In this document: positions 13,597-23,620 of the stretch, one piece after another | How the letters are laid out: each line of letters begins with the position of its first letter | Numbering within the stretch: the first letter of the stretch is position 1 | Origin: a virus | Taxonomy: Duplodnaviria; Heunggongvirae; Uroviricota; Caudoviricetes | DNA length: 54,993 nucleotides | Virus record (IMG/VR): IMGVR_UViG_2923302340_000009 | Span: 1 to 54,993 of that record | Direction: 5' to 3' (one strand) | Notes under the pieces: generated by a model | The model's database searches: none | What the model was told of the DNA's origin: nothing | Seen by the model: only the letters and a program-made list of their open reading frames with translations | Translations under genes and position numbers: made by a program

Positions 13597-14427
13597 ACCG
13601 GATTCCTCCTGCGATCCCTTCTGATACTGTCATCAGCATTACGTCATCCTCCGTCATGTCCGCCACATCCGGGGAAACGGGGATAACTTCATTCCCGTCC
13701 GGGCCAAAGCGGACACCTCCGGCAAGCCCTGTCGCTTTCTGCATCAGCACATCATCTTCAGGCTCTTCGTCAGCCTCGCGCCGGTTCAGCAGACTGAAAT
13801 CCAGCGGATGCATATCCGGATCGCTGAAAAACAGGCTGAGCACGATGTACGTCAGCCCGGAAAAGTGCATATCCAGCAGAACATCATGAAAATAATGGGT
13901 ACTGTAAAAGCGGTGCCAGTCGGCATACTCCGTGGATGACATCCCGGCAAGCATGGCACGCCAGTCGGGTCGCCCCATCTCGCGCGCCAGTTTCAGGGCA
14001 AAACTCAGCTCACCGTCGAACACTTTCCCGCAGAAACAGGCTCTGCAGGCCCGGCGTCCTCTGTCTGTTCAGGGGCATTATTCACAACAAACTCATACAT
14101 ACCAGACAGCCGGTACACCACGTTTTCAGCATGAGAAATTGCCTCTGTGGGCCAGGTGGTAAGCACTTCCTGCTCAATCTGTTTAACGGCTTCATTCATG
14201 GACGGCATCTGCGTCTTCTGCGGATGGTTATGCCACAGGGACATCGCCACCAGAAACGCGCCGGTTCTGATGGCGTCTTCCACAGTAAACTTCCGGTTGC
14301 TGTCTGACTCCGCCTGTTCTGCCTGCCGTTTCATCAGGGCGAGATGCTCAATACGCTGCAGGGCTGACAGTTCAGAAAGCGTGACGGTCACGCCGTTATG
14401 TTCAAATGATTCGGTTTTCAGGAACAT
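13589..14427 (-). CDS. T: G-T fusion chaperone made by -1 programmed frameshift
   Basis: The T frame (13589-14023) overlaps the end of G. The slippery heptamer lies at the overlap. Confidence 0.9.
14005..14427 (-). CDS. G: tail assembly chaperone G
   Basis: 140 aa, matching lambda G. Confidence 0.95.
   Translation of the reverse strand: MFLKTESFEHNGVTVTLSELSALQRIEHLALMKRQAEQAESDSNRKFTVEDAIRTGAFLVAMSLWHNHPQKTQMPSMNEAVKQIEQEVLTTWPTEAISHAENVVYRLSGMYEFVVNNAPEQTEDAGPAEPVSAGKCSTVS
14023..14029 (-). promoter_or_regulatory. G/T -1 frameshift slippery site GGGAAAG
   Basis: The plus strand reads ctttccc, which is GGGAAAG on the coding strand, at the G/T overlap as in lambda. Confidence 0.9.
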
Positions 14428-14442
14428 CGCTGACTCTCCGGA

Positions 14443-15183
14443 TTAACTGTCAGTGACAGTGATTTCTGCAACCGCAGCAAGTTCACCATTACCGGATACA
14501 ACCGGAATGTTGACCTTACCTGCAGCAACGCCGTTCACGGTGATGGTCATACCACTGACCGACACGGTGGCTTTTGTTTTATCCGCAGACACCGCACGAA
14601 AGCTCTTGTCGGTTACGCCCTCCGGCTGGAAGGCCACGGTCAGCGTGGTGCTCTGCCCTTTCACCACCGAGGTGCTGGCAGGCGTCACGGTCATGCCGGT
14701 TGCCGCTGTTACCGTGCTGCGATCTTCTGCCATCGACGGACGTCCCACATTGGTGACTTTCACCGTGCGGGTGATCACTTCCTTCGCCGTCACCGCCTTA
14801 CCGATACTGCTGACCCAGCCACGGAACACATCGACCGTGCCGTTCGGGAAGCGGATTTTATAGGCACGGGTATCGCCTTCATTAAACCACGCCAGCAGCG
14901 CCTGCTGCCCCTGCTCTCCGGGCATCCACGCCAGCGTGAAGCTGGTATCTCCGGCAGATTTCTGCCCCTGCCCGGTCGCAGTCCAGTCTGCATCTTCATC
15001 ATCGAGATAGCTGTCGTCACAGGACTCAGCGGTCAGTTCGCCGGGCGTCAGGTCTTTAACTTTTGCCAGACGCGACCAGTCAACGTCTGAAAGCGGATTC
15101 GCATAAGGGTCACCGCTCCCCTTATAAACCCACAGGGTGGTCCCGGCACCTTTCACCGGCATTGTAGGATTTGGTACAGGCAT
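14443..15183 (-). CDS. V: major tail protein V
   Basis: The lambda V N-terminus [14 protein letters not shown] starts at the ATG at 15183. The ORF track starts 10 codons upstream. An Ig-like C-terminus is present. Confidence 0.95.
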   Translation of the reverse strand: MPVPNPTMPVKGAGTTLWVYKGSGDPYANPLSDVDWSRLAKVKDLTPGELTAESCDDSYLDDEDADWTATGQGQKSAGDTSFTLAWMPGEQGQQALLAWFNEGDTRAYKIRFPNGTVDVFRGWVSSIGKAVTAKEVITRTVKVTNVGRPSMAEDRSTVTAATGMTVTPASTSVVKGQSTTLTVAFQPEGVTDKSFRAVSADKTKATVSVSGMTITVNGVAAGKVNIPVVSGNGELAAVAEITVTDS

Positions 15184-15190
15184 AGCGTCC

Positions 15191-15586
15191 TCACATTTCA
15201 TAGGTAATGACATAAGTCAGACCGGCTGAACTCCACAGGCCCGCATCATCGTCGCGCCGGTAGTCATAGCCGCTGGCCACCATACTGGTGATCAAATCTG
15301 ACAGTGCCGGGATATCGCTCATCACCGGATAAATCCGGGACTCCATCCACGCATCCAGCTCTGAATCCGGCACCTGAGCAGGCAGGAAAACTTCGATATG
15401 CAGCTCCGCCTGCCAGGTATCGCTGTCCAGCTCTTCGCCCGTGTATTCAGCGCCGGTGAGATAAACGGCAACTGCCGGAAAATCCGCCTCATCAAAAACA
15501 GCGGGGCGACCATCAAAAAGCGTCGCCCCGGTGTCATGCTTCTCCAGTGCATCCAGTACGGCTGCACGGAGTTCAGTATGTTTCAT
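15191..15586 (-). CDS. U: tail terminator U
   Basis: 131 aa, in lambda order. Confidence 0.95.
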   Translation of the reverse strand: MKHTELRAAVLDALEKHDTGATLFDGRPAVFDEADFPAVAVYLTGAEYTGEELDSDTWQAELHIEVFLPAQVPDSELDAWMESRIYPVMSDIPALSDLITSMVASGYDYRRDDDAGLWSSAGLTYVITYEM

Positions 15587-16161
15587 CGCTTTATTACCAT
15601 TCTCAGTTGATGCTGCAGCGCATAGCCCAGCTCTTTCGGAAGACGTTCACGCCGTATCCGTTCAATATTCTGTTTAAACGCCGTGGTCAGCGGCACCGCC
15701 ATCGGGATTTTCACCACATCAATGGGGTAACGGTTTTTCCCGGCCACACGCTGCATGACATGCCAGCGGCCATTTTTCAGTTGCTGAATAAACGCGCCGG
15801 GAATACGACGGTTTCCCACCACAAGCACGCTGCCGCCACCTTTCAGGGCTGAACGCTGCCCCTTTTTACGACGCCTGCGTCGGGACAGGACAATCCGCGC
15901 GTTACCCTGCTTTATTACGGGCAAATCCCCCCGGTTAACCCTGATTCTGGCCTGCGGATTTTTGACCGTGGCCCTTTTCAGCCTGGCCCTTTCCTTTACC
16001 AGTTTCCGGCGTACCTTTGTCTCACGGGCAACCTGTGACGCAGACTGCGATATCGCGGATGACGCAACGCGGTTAATGGCCATTGCGGCGGCACCAGGCA
16101 CCGCCGTTTTGCTGATACGGCTGAGGTTTTCAACGGCCTGCTCAAGACCTTTTATGGCCAT
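15583..16161 (-). CDS. Z: tail completion protein Z
   Basis: 192 aa, in lambda order. Confidence 0.95.
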   Translation of the reverse strand: MAIKGLEQAVENLSRISKTAVPGAAAMAINRVASSAISQSASQVARETKVRRKLVKERARLKRATVKNPQARIRVNRGDLPVIKQGNARIVLSRRRRRKKGQRSALKGGGSVLVVGNRRIPGAFIQQLKNGRWHVMQRVAGKNRYPIDVVKIPMAVPLTTAFKQNIERIRRERLPKELGYALQHQLRMVIKR

Positions 16162-16172
16162 ACATCCCCCTT

Positions 16173-16523
16173 TCAGCGGCGACGGTTAACGGCAGGCGGC
16201 ACGCCACGCCCAAGCCAGAGATGACAGCTTCCGCCATCATCCGGCGAAACCCGGTCTATCCAGAAGTTTTCCTCACCGATGGTCAGCGTGTCTCCACGCC
16301 GCAGCTGCCGCACCTCATCAGTCCGGACAAACAGGGACGGGCTGGAGCCTTCAACGCGCACGCCCTGTCCGGCATAGCTGATATTTTCAGGGTCATCAAA
16401 AACACCACGTATCACAGCACCGGACTGCTCACCGGATGTCATGGTGGCTGACGTTCCCATGTACCCGCGTATCGTTTCATCAGCGCGGGCAATGGCAGCA
16501 TCGAACAGGTTATCGAAATCAGC
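16173..16523 (-). pseudogene. FII: head-tail joining protein FII, body severed from its start by IS insertion
   Basis: It encodes ADFDNLFDAAIARADETIRGYMGTSATMTSGEQSG...NRRR, i.e. lambda FII without its initiation codon. An in-frame TGA lies just inside the IS end. Confidence 0.9.
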
Positions 16524-16553
16524 GTAAGCGGCTCGTCAGAACCGTATTGATAT

Positions 16554-18125
16554 TTACTGAGAGCTCAGATCAACTTTCCAGGGCAACAGATCGCGTACCC
16601 GGTTTGCCGGCCAGTCCTGGATATGTTCAATGACGTAGCGCAGCCACTTTTCTGGCTCCACATTGTTCAGACGGCATGTGCCGATCAGCGAGTACAACAC
16701 CGCCGCATGTTCACCACCGCTGTCGGAACCCGCGAACATCCAGTTTTTCCGGCCTACGGCCACTCCCCGTAAGGCGTTCTCTGCGATGTTGTTGTCGATT
16801 TCCACCCAGCCATTACTGCAGTACACGTTCAGTGCATCCCACTGTTTCAGCAGGTATGCGAACGCTTTTGCCGTATCTGAGTGACGCGACAGTGTTTTCA
16901 TCTGTTGCTGTATCCAGTCATACAGTGACTGCATCAGTGGCGCGGCTCTGGTTTTTCTTGCCGCCAGACGCTGTTCTGCTGAACAGCCCCGGACCTCTGC
17001 CTCGATGGCATACAGTTCACCGATACGCTGCAGGGCTTCCGTGGTGATGTCGGTGGGCGCTCTTGCATGCACATCGTGGATTTTTCTCCGGGCATGAGCC
17101 ATACACGCGGCTTCCGTTATTCTGCCGGATTCGTATAACGCCCGGTAACCACCGTAAGCATCGGCCTGAAGCACACCGCTGTAACCGGCCAGGTGATTTT
17201 GTGGATGGATACCTTTCCGGTCCGGACTGTACGCGAACCAGACCGCCGGGGGCATCTGTGAACCGGCGTTACGGTCATCACGGACGTAGACCCACAGCCG
17301 GGCTGTCCGGGTTTTACCGCTGCCCGGCTCCTGGACCGGGACGGGGATATCATCAGCATGGACTTTACCGGGCATCAGCACATACTGGCGCAGGACGTCA
17401 TACAGCGGCTCCAGTAGTTCAGCAACGGCACCTGTCCAGCGCCCCAGCGTGGCGCGGCTCAGCTCCACACCCTGACGGCGGTATATCTCTGACTGGCGGT
17501 ATAACGGCAGATGGTCTGCATATTTTCCGGTGACGACATGGGCCAGGAGCCCCGCTCCGGCATAACTGCGTGCAATGGGTTTTGAAGGTACTGGTGCCTG
17601 CACGATATGGTCGCACCGGCAACAGGCCAGTTTCGGACGTTGTGTTTCGATAACCTTAAAGGCGCTGCTGATAAGCTCCAGTTGCTCTGACACATCACAT
17701 CCCAGAGAACTGAGTTCACCACCACAGGCCGGACAGCATTCCTCTTCCGGCCGGATAACCCGGGTTTCACGGGGAAGTGAGGCCGGTAACGGTTTACGGG
17801 CTGAAGACTGGCGCAGGGCGGATGGCAGTACCGGGTCATATTGCTCACCCAGCGTTTCCGCCATTTCTTCCTGAAGTGCGCTGATTCGCTCCTGTGCTTC
17901 CTGTATCTGCCGTTCGGTTTTTGCGCGAAGTTTTTCTGAGCTTTTACCGAACTGCATACGCTGCAGTTTCGCAACCAGCGCCTTCAGCCGGTTGATTTCG
18001 GAAGCATAAGCCGCCACCCGCTGTGAGAGCAGGCGGTTGTATTCAGCCATCTGGCGTATGGTGTCCTGTTGCGTCTGCAACAGTGCCCGCAGGCGGGCGT
18101 TCTCATGAGCAAGTGAGGTGTCCAT
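16554..18125 (-). CDS. tnpC: IS66-family transposase (TnpC/orf3)
   Basis: 523 aa with an N-terminal leucine-zipper-like coiled coil, a CxxC...CxxC zinc motif and a DDE-type core typical of IS66 orf3. Confidence 0.9.
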   Translation of the reverse strand: MDTSLAHENARLRALLQTQQDTIRQMAEYNRLLSQRVAAYASEINRLKALVAKLQRMQFGKSSEKLRAKTERQIQEAQERISALQEEMAETLGEQYDPVLPSALRQSSARKPLPASLPRETRVIRPEEECCPACGGELSSLGCDVSEQLELISSAFKVIETQRPKLACCRCDHIVQAPVPSKPIARSYAGAGLLAHVVTGKYADHLPLYRQSEIYRRQGVELSRATLGRWTGAVAELLEPLYDVLRQYVLMPGKVHADDIPVPVQEPGSGKTRTARLWVYVRDDRNAGSQMPPAVWFAYSPDRKGIHPQNHLAGYSGVLQADAYGGYRALYESGRITEAACMAHARRKIHDVHARAPTDITTEALQRIGELYAIEAEVRGCSAEQRLAARKTRAAPLMQSLYDWIQQQMKTLSRHSDTAKAFAYLLKQWDALNVYCSNGWVEIDNNIAENALRGVAVGRKNWMFAGSDSGGEHAAVLYSLIGTCRLNNVEPEKWLRYVIEHIQDWPANRVRDLLPWKVDLSSQ

Positions 18126-18144
18126 ATCCTCACTTTACAACGGG

Positions 18145-18492
18145 TTATATACGGATTCCAGCGCGTTCCGTTCGTTTCGGGTGCTTCCAGTTGATACCTT
18201 CAAGAAGCATGGATAACTGAGCCGGAGTAAGGTGCACCTTGCCGTCACGGGTGACTGGCCAGACGAAGCGGCCCCGCTCCAGGCGTTTGGTGAAGAGGCA
18301 CAGTCCGTCACTGTCAGCCCACAACACTTTTATCTGGTCACCCCGGCGTCCGCGGAAGATGAACAGGTGTCCGGAGAACGGGTCATCCTTCAGGACGTTC
18401 TGAACTTTTGATGCCAGGCCGTTAAAACCATTTCGCATGTCGGTGATACCGGCAACCAGCCAGATACGCGAACCGGCAGGGAGAGATATCAT
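18145..18492 (-). CDS. tnpB: IS66-family accessory protein TnpB (orf2)
   Basis: 115 aa, MISLPAGSRIWLVAGITDMRNGFNGL..., the characteristic IS66 orf2 sequence. Confidence 0.9.
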   Translation of the reverse strand: MISLPAGSRIWLVAGITDMRNGFNGLASKVQNVLKDDPFSGHLFIFRGRRGDQIKVLWADSDGLCLFTKRLERGRFVWPVTRDGKVHLTPAQLSMLLEGINWKHPKRTERAGIRI

Positions 18493-19169
18493 CAGTGGCT
18501 GCTCCCTTTCATTTCGCGGATAAGTGTCTGTAATAACGCCGGCGTCAGTTTACCTTTAAGCCTGAGAGTTCCGGCCGGCAGAACCAGCTCGCAGCACAGA
18601 CTGTCTGGCAGTGTATTTATCTGTTCAGGTATCTGCACTGGTGCCGGGATTTTATTATCCGGCTCCGGCGTTAACGTCACGGGAAGTAGCGATGTTTCAT
18701 GTTCGCCGGGCGGCTGCAGGCCGCCGTTACGCCAGAGATGCCGCCAGTTAAAGAGCAGGTTATCGTTGATTCCGTTTTCCCGGGCGATCTGCGCCACACA
18801 GGCTCCGGGCTGCAGTGACTGCTCCACTAAGGCGATTTTAAACTCATAAGGGAAGTTGGGCCGCCGGGGACGTTTTTTTACCACGGGGGCTTCGGATATA
18901 ACGGTGCTTTCAGGACGTACGACTGGTACCGTGGAAAATTGTCCGTAAAGGCAGGCATCAAGTTCCTGCTCCGACATGCCTGCGGGCAAAGGCCACGAAA
19001 GGCCAGCTCTCCGAAAGCGCACGAACATACTACAAACGGTTGATTTTGGTACACCCAGGCGACGCCCGGCCACAACCCGGGGTAAATGTTCTTCAAAGTG
19101 AAGACGTAAAGCTTCAGTGATCCAGGTCCGATGTTTCATACGATAGTGTCCATTAAAAATGATGGACAT
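18492..19169 (-). CDS. tnpA: IS66-family accessory protein TnpA (orf1)
   Basis: 225-aa ORF with HTH-like segments. Its stop overlaps the tnpB start. An alternative start lies at 19139. Confidence 0.8.
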   Translation of the reverse strand: MSIIFNGHYRMKHRTWITEALRLHFEEHLPRVVAGRRLGVPKSTVCSMFVRFRRAGLSWPLPAGMSEQELDACLYGQFSTVPVVRPESTVISEAPVVKKRPRRPNFPYEFKIALVEQSLQPGACVAQIARENGINDNLLFNWRHLWRNGGLQPPGEHETSLLPVTLTPEPDNKIPAPVQIPEQINTLPDSLCCELVLPAGTLRLKGKLTPALLQTLIREMKGSSH

Positions 19170-19222
19170 TATTTTTGTAGAGCCGGAGGAAACAGACCAG
19201 ACGGTTTAAATGAGCCGGTTAC

Positions 19223-19233
19223 AAATCAGCCAC
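19223..19233 (-). pseudogene. FII: orphaned 5' stub of FII (GTG GCT GAT TT) with its RBS
   Basis: The coding strand reads gggaggcgct GTG GCT GAT TT directly after the FI stop. Joining it to 16523 after removing the IS and one target-duplication copy restores FII. Confidence 0.85.
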
Positions 19234-19244
19234 AGCGCCTCCCG

Positions 19245-19640
19245 TTATTGCATTCTGGCCAGGCCACGTTCTGTCATTTCGGCTGCCACACCGGCAGAGA
19301 CACGAAACGCCGTTCCCGGCAGCACAAATGCCACAGGTTTATCCCGCGTGGCGTGAAGTGCATCAGTATGCAGCGTCACCAGTGCCACGACCGTGACCAG
19401 AGCAGCCGTATCAATCACGGTATCCGGCTGCGCTGATACCACCTCATTTTCATGCCCGGTCAGCACATTTTCCCGGCTGAGAGGGGTGTCCTGACCGGCA
19501 CTGTCGCCCGTGTCATCAAGCTCTTCTTCCAGCTCTGCCACACGGAGCGCCAGTTCTTCTTTCGTCCCCGTCAGGCTGATATCACGGTTCAGTTGTTCAC
19601 CCAGCGAGCGGAGACGGGCAATCAGTTCATCTTTCGTCAT
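19245..19640 (-). CDS. FI: DNA-packaging / head-assembly protein FI
   Basis: The lambda FI N-terminus MTKDELIARLRSLGEQLN starts at 19640, downstream of a GGAGGAG RBS. Confidence 0.94.
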   Translation of the reverse strand: MTKDELIARLRSLGEQLNRDISLTGTKEELALRVAELEEELDDTGDSAGQDTPLSRENVLTGHENEVVSAQPDTVIDTAALVTVVALVTLHTDALHATRDKPVAFVLPGTAFRVSAGVAAEMTERGLARMQ

Positions 19641-19681
19641 GGACTCCTCCACAGAGAAACAATGGCCCCGAAGGGCCATGA

Positions 19682-20707
19682 TTACGCCAGTTGTACAGAC
19701 ACGAACTCATCAGGGTCAGCCAGCAGCATCAGCGGTGCTGACTGAATCATGGTGAACTCACGCGCCGGGTCGCCGGTGGTCACCCAGTTTTTCGGGTAAC
19801 GGGCAGAGGCGTTAATGCCTTCACGCTGTGCGTCCGCATCCTGAATGCAGCCATAGGTGCGCAGACCGCGTGCCTGAGTGTTCCCCAGCACCATCGTGTT
19901 GTCCGGCAGGAAGTTCTTTTTGACGCCGTTTTCCACGTACTGTCCGGAATACACGACGATGGCCACATCGCCATACATTCCCTTATAAGACACCGCTTTG
20001 CCCAGGTCTTTTACCGCTGTCTCCAGCTCGGAATGAGAGCCGCGACGGGTATCCAGCTTCTCCTTGACGGCCTTGAAGGAACGGAACAGCGCCCAGCCTT
20101 TCGGATCAAACACGATGATATTCACCACACCGCTGGCGTTCAGCGCGTAGGCTTCGATATCGTCGGTCGGGTCATACGTGGACTTGTCACGCTTGCTCCA
20201 CTCCGTGCCGCCGGACTGCGTGATGTTATTCGCCGCACTGCGGCCCATATCCACCTCAACCGGATCGAAGGCTTCACCGGTCATGGTGTATTTGCCCTTA
20301 AGCACGGCAGAAACTGCCTGCATCTCTTCGACCTGGGCAATCGCCAGATTTTCATCCAGCATATTCTGCCGAATAATACGGCGACGACGGTAAGCCGGGT
20401 CAGCCAGGTTCTGCGGATCTTCATCCGGCAGGCGACGCAGGGTCATCTGCGGATTCACCTCATGCTTGGGTTTGACATAACCCGGCGTAAATTCAGAGGT
20501 GGAGCCGCCACGGGATCGGATAACCTCACCGGAAACAATCGGCGAAACGTACAGCGCCATGTTTACCAGTCCCGGAATTTGTGAGAGATAGACTTTCTCC
20601 GTGGTGAAGGGATAGCTCTCACGGAAAAAGAGACGCAGAAACAGCGGATCAAACTTAAATTTCTGCTCATTTGCCGCCAGCAGTTGGGCGGTTGTGTACA
20701 TCGACAT
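19682..20707 (-). CDS. E: major capsid protein E
   Basis: MSMYTTAQLLAANEQKFKFDPLFLRLFFRESYPF..., 341 aa as in lambda E. Confidence 0.96.
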   Translation of the reverse strand: MSMYTTAQLLAANEQKFKFDPLFLRLFFRESYPFTTEKVYLSQIPGLVNMALYVSPIVSGEVIRSRGGSTSEFTPGYVKPKHEVNPQMTLRRLPDEDPQNLADPAYRRRRIIRQNMLDENLAIAQVEEMQAVSAVLKGKYTMTGEAFDPVEVDMGRSAANNITQSGGTEWSKRDKSTYDPTDDIEAYALNASGVVNIIVFDPKGWALFRSFKAVKEKLDTRRGSHSELETAVKDLGKAVSYKGMYGDVAIVVYSGQYVENGVKKNFLPDNTMVLGNTQARGLRTYGCIQDADAQREGINASARYPKNWVTTGDPAREFTMIQSAPLMLLADPDEFVSVQLA

Positions 20708-20762
20708 AAAAAAATCCCGTAAAAAAAGCCGCACAGGCGGCCTTTAGTGATGAAGGGTAAAG

Positions 20763-21095
20763 TTAAACGATGCTGATTGCCGTTCCGGCAAACGCGGTCC
20801 GTTTTTTCGTCTCGTCGCTGGCAGCCTCCGGCCAGAGCACATCCTCATAACGGAACGTGCCGGACTTGTAGAACGTCAGCGTGGTGCTGGTCTGGTCAGC
20901 AGCAACCGCAAGAATGCCAACGGCAGCACCGTCGGTGGTGCCATCCCACGCAACCAGCTTACGGCTGGAGGTGTCCAGCATCAGCGGGGTCATTGCAGGC
21001 GCTTTCGCACTCAATACGCCGGGCGCGGTTGCGGTATGAGCCGGGTCACTGTTGCCCTGCGGCTGGTAATGGGTAAAGGTTTCTTTGCTCGTCAT
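20763..21095 (-). CDS. D: head decoration protein D
   Basis: [26 protein letters not shown]..., 110 aa as in lambda D. Confidence 0.96.
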   Translation of the reverse strand: MTSKETFTHYQPQGNSDPAHTATAPGVLSAKAPAMTPLMLDTSSRKLVAWDGTTDGAAVGILAVAADQTSTTLTFYKSGTFRYEDVLWPEAASDETKKRTAFAGTAISIV

Positions 21096-21104
21096 AAACA
21101 TCCC

Positions 21105-21710
21105 TTACACTGGTGTGTTCAGCAAATCGTTAACGGCATCAGATGCCGGGTTACCTGCAGCCAGCGATGCCGGTGCCCCCTGCATCAGACGATCCAGCGC
21201 AGTGTCACTGCGCGCCTGTGCACTCTGTGGTGCTGCGGCCAGAATGCGGCGGGCCGTTTCCACGGTCATACCGGGGGTTTCTGCCAGCACGCGGGCCTGT
21301 TCTTCGCGTCCGTGAGCCTCCTCACAGTTGAGGATCCCCATAATGCGGCTGTTTTCTGCCGCAACCGCAGCGGTGATCTGCGCGTTCACGTCCGGCTGCG
21401 CCGCGCTGGCGTTTTCGCCCTCCGTCGCTGGCACCACGTCAGTAACGTCAGCCTGCGAAGCAGTGGCTGAAACAGTTGTTGATTGAGTCTCTTTGGTCAT
21501 TCGCCCTCCTGAGAGACGGGATTTACGTGCATCCAGTGCATCACGCATAACGGTGATCGCATCGGTACTGTTAACAAGTTCATCAGCCAGTCCGGCATCA
21601 ATGGCCTCCTGACCGCTGTACACTGCAGCCTCGGTATCCAGCACAGCCTGCACAGACAGGCCGGTATATGCCGACACCTTCTGCGCAAACATCTGGCGGG
21701 TTGCGTCCAT
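21105..21710 (-). CDS. Nu3: scaffolding protein Nu3 (nested in-frame in C)
   Basis: The internal ATG at 21710 (MDATRQMFAQKV...) gives 201 aa, the lambda Nu3 length. Confidence 0.75.
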   Translation of the reverse strand: MDATRQMFAQKVSAYTGLSVQAVLDTEAAVYSGQEAIDAGLADELVNSTDAITVMRDALDARKSRLSGGRMTKETQSTTVSATASQADVTDVVPATEGENASAAQPDVNAQITAAVAAENSRIMGILNCEEAHGREEQARVLAETPGMTVETARRILAAAPQSAQARSDTALDRLMQGAPASLAAGNPASDAVNDLLNTPV

Positions 21711-22424
21711 CCGGGACTGCAGTGTCTCCCGGACGTCATCCGGAAGATGGCTGTAGGGATTGCCATCCACCTTATGGCTGCCGCTGTAAATCAGCGTGAT
21801 TTCCACGCCCTGTTTCTCCAGCGCAGCACCGTAATTGCTGTGAGCCATCATGACGCCGATGGAGCCTGTCCGGGCGGTCTGCGTGACCAGACGCCGGGAG
21901 GCGGCGCTGGCAAGCAGCTGACCTGCACTGCAGTTCATGTCGTTGGCCAGCGCCCATACCGGTTTTATGTCTCGCACACGGGCGATGATGTCAGCACAGT
22001 CAAATGCTCCCGCCACCATCCCGCCCGGTGTGTCCATATCCAGCAGAATGCCGTCCACCATCGGATCGCTGGCAGCCTGTTGCAGACGGGCGATAATGCC
22101 GTTGTAACCGGTCATCCCCGAGTACGGCTGCAGCGCCCGCGTCCGGCTGACCAGCGTACCGGACACCGGCAGCACGGCGATGCCGTTCATGACCTGATAG
22201 CTGCGGGCCTGTCGTGGTCCGTCATCATCACCGGATATCGCCAGCGCCGCGGGTGCCTCTCCGGCAGTCAGGCTGTCGCCGGATACTGCATCCGTCAGGC
22301 GGCTGATCCCAAGCTGGCCTGCAAGCGCACAAAAGAAAACCCGCGCATAGGCGGGTTCAAGCATCAGCGGCTCATTAAAAGCCATGCTGGCAATATGCGG
22401 GAGATTACGCAGCTCTGCTGTCAC
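21105..22424 (-). CDS. C: head maturation protease C
   Basis: A GTG start after GAGGAGGAG gives VTAELRNLPHIASMAFNEPLMLEP..., 439 aa as in lambda C. Confidence 0.93.
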   Translation of the reverse strand: MTAELRNLPHIASMAFNEPLMLEPAYARVFFCALAGQLGISRLTDAVSGDSLTAGEAPAALAISGDDDGPRQARSYQVMNGIAVLPVSGTLVSRTRALQPYSGMTGYNGIIARLQQAASDPMVDGILLDMDTPGGMVAGAFDCADIIARVRDIKPVWALANDMNCSAGQLLASAASRRLVTQTARTGSIGVMMAHSNYGAALEKQGVEITLIYSGSHKVDGNPYSHLPDDVRETLQSRMDATRQMFAQKVSAYTGLSVQAVLDTEAAVYSGQEAIDAGLADELVNSTDAITVMRDALDARKSRLSGGRMTKETQSTTVSATASQADVTDVVPATEGENASAAQPDVNAQITAAVAAENSRIMGILNCEEAHGREEQARVLAETPGMTVETARRILAAAPQSAQARSDTALDRLMQGAPASLAAGNPASDAVNDLLNTPV

Positions 22425-23178
22425 TCTTCTCCTCCTCTGTTGATTGTCGCAGTCCGGATTCAAATGCCGCAGCCGCCCAGGCGGGCGGTTTAAGACCGGC
22501 TGCACGGCGCTCCATCGTTTCACGGACCTGCTGGGCAAAAATTTCCTGATAGTCGTCACCGCGTTTTGCGCACTCTTTCTCGTAGGTGCTCAGTCCGGCT
22601 TCTATCAGCATCACCGCTTCCTGTACTTCTTTCAGACCATCGATGGCCATACGACCGGAGCCTATCCAGTCACAGTTCCCCCAGGCACTGCGGGCTTCCT
22701 GAAAGCTGAAGCGCGCTTTTGAAGGTAACGTCACCACGCGGCGAACGATGGCCTCTTCCAGCCAGCACAGAAACATCTGGCTCGCCTGACGGGATGCGAC
22801 GAATTTTCGCCGCCCCATAAAGTACGCCCACGACTCGTTCGCGCTGGCCCGTGCCGTGGAGTAGCTCATCTGGGCGTAATTCCGGGAAAGCTGCTCATAC
22901 GAGACACCCAGCCCGGCAGCGATATACCGCAGCAGTGACTGCTCAAACACGGAGTAGCCGTTATCCGTATCCTGAGCCGTCTGCAGGTTCAGTGAGTCAC
23001 CCGGCATCAGGTGCGGCACTTTTGCGCCTCCAAGCCGGACCGGCGCTGCGGCGTAATACGCGGCAATTTCACCAATCCAGCCGGTCAGCTTGTCCCGCTG
23101 CTCCTGACTGTTCGCGCCCAGAATAAAATCCATCGCTGACTGCGTATCCAGCTCACTCTCAATGGTGGCGGCATACAT
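22405..23178 (-). pseudogene. B: portal protein B, 3' part (codons 277-533)
   Basis: MYAATIESELDTQSAMDFILGANSQEQR...EEEKSDSRAA is the C-terminal 257 aa of lambda B. It is separated from the 5' part by 10.9 kb. Confidence 0.93.
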
Positions 23179-23186
23179 CGCCTTTA
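23170..23186. repeat. island-proximal att repeat (core cata[c]atcgcctt)
   Basis: The 13-mer catacatcgcctt (23172-23184) recurs as cataaatcgcctt at 34072-34084, exactly 10,900 bp away. The extended match is 14/17. Confidence 0.85.
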
Positions 23187-23258
23187 TGAAAAGACAGGAA
23201 AAAATAAAATTTAAAAACAGTACATTACGAATGCTCAGACCTATCGTTTAAAGGAGTC

Positions 23259-23280
23259 GCAATACACACTGCAATACACG
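23259..23280 (+). repeat. two direct copies of GCAATACAC(A/G); candidate integrase arm-type sites
   Basis: The copies gcaatacaca (23259-23268) and gcaatacacg (23271-23280) lie ~80 bp from the att core. Three more copies sit at the other island end. Confidence 0.6.
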
Positions 23281-23313
23281 ATTATTTATAAGATGAGCGG
23301 CATCCGTCATAAA

Positions 23314-23552
23314 GCTGGTGGATGCTTTTTCTATGCATATATGCACAGTTTTAGTGGGCGTTAATGTCGATATAGGGATCCCCATATCGAGATTGGATAC
23401 CTGGCTTTTTTCCGGTTAACCTTTAATCAGGCTGGTGGGCTTTACCTGTTTTGTATGAGTGGTCATCATGACCATGTCATAACAAAAACCCCATATTCGT
23501 GGTTTTTCTGTGTCGGGCTATTCTGTCGTTGCTGTGCTGATTTGGCTGGTGG
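23314..23552 (+). repeat. three co-oriented Chi octamers (GCTGGTGG) in non-coding DNA
   Basis: Exact gctggtgg occurs at 23314-23321, 23431-23438 and 23545-23552. Confidence 0.9.
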
Positions 23553-23620
23553 GCTGAATCATCATTACGGCGATGCAGCTATGTAGACGTTCCGGCCTCC
23601 TCAAATTGAGGATTGTGGAA

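Larger units (their letters stand above)
16524..19222 (-). mobile_element. IS66-family insertion sequence (2,699 bp)
   Basis: The terminal inverted repeats are gtaagcggctcgtcagaaccgt (16524-16545) and acggtttaaatgagccggttac (19201-19222), 17/22 complementary, beginning with GTAAGCG. An 8-bp direct repeat aaatcagc flanks the element (16516-16523 and 19223-19230). It has the tnpA-tnpB-tnpC layout. Confidence 0.93.

Noticed and set aside
17459-17974. 171-aa alternative-frame ORF inside the IS66 transposase gene
   Set aside because: It is nested out of frame within the well-supported tnpC ORF.
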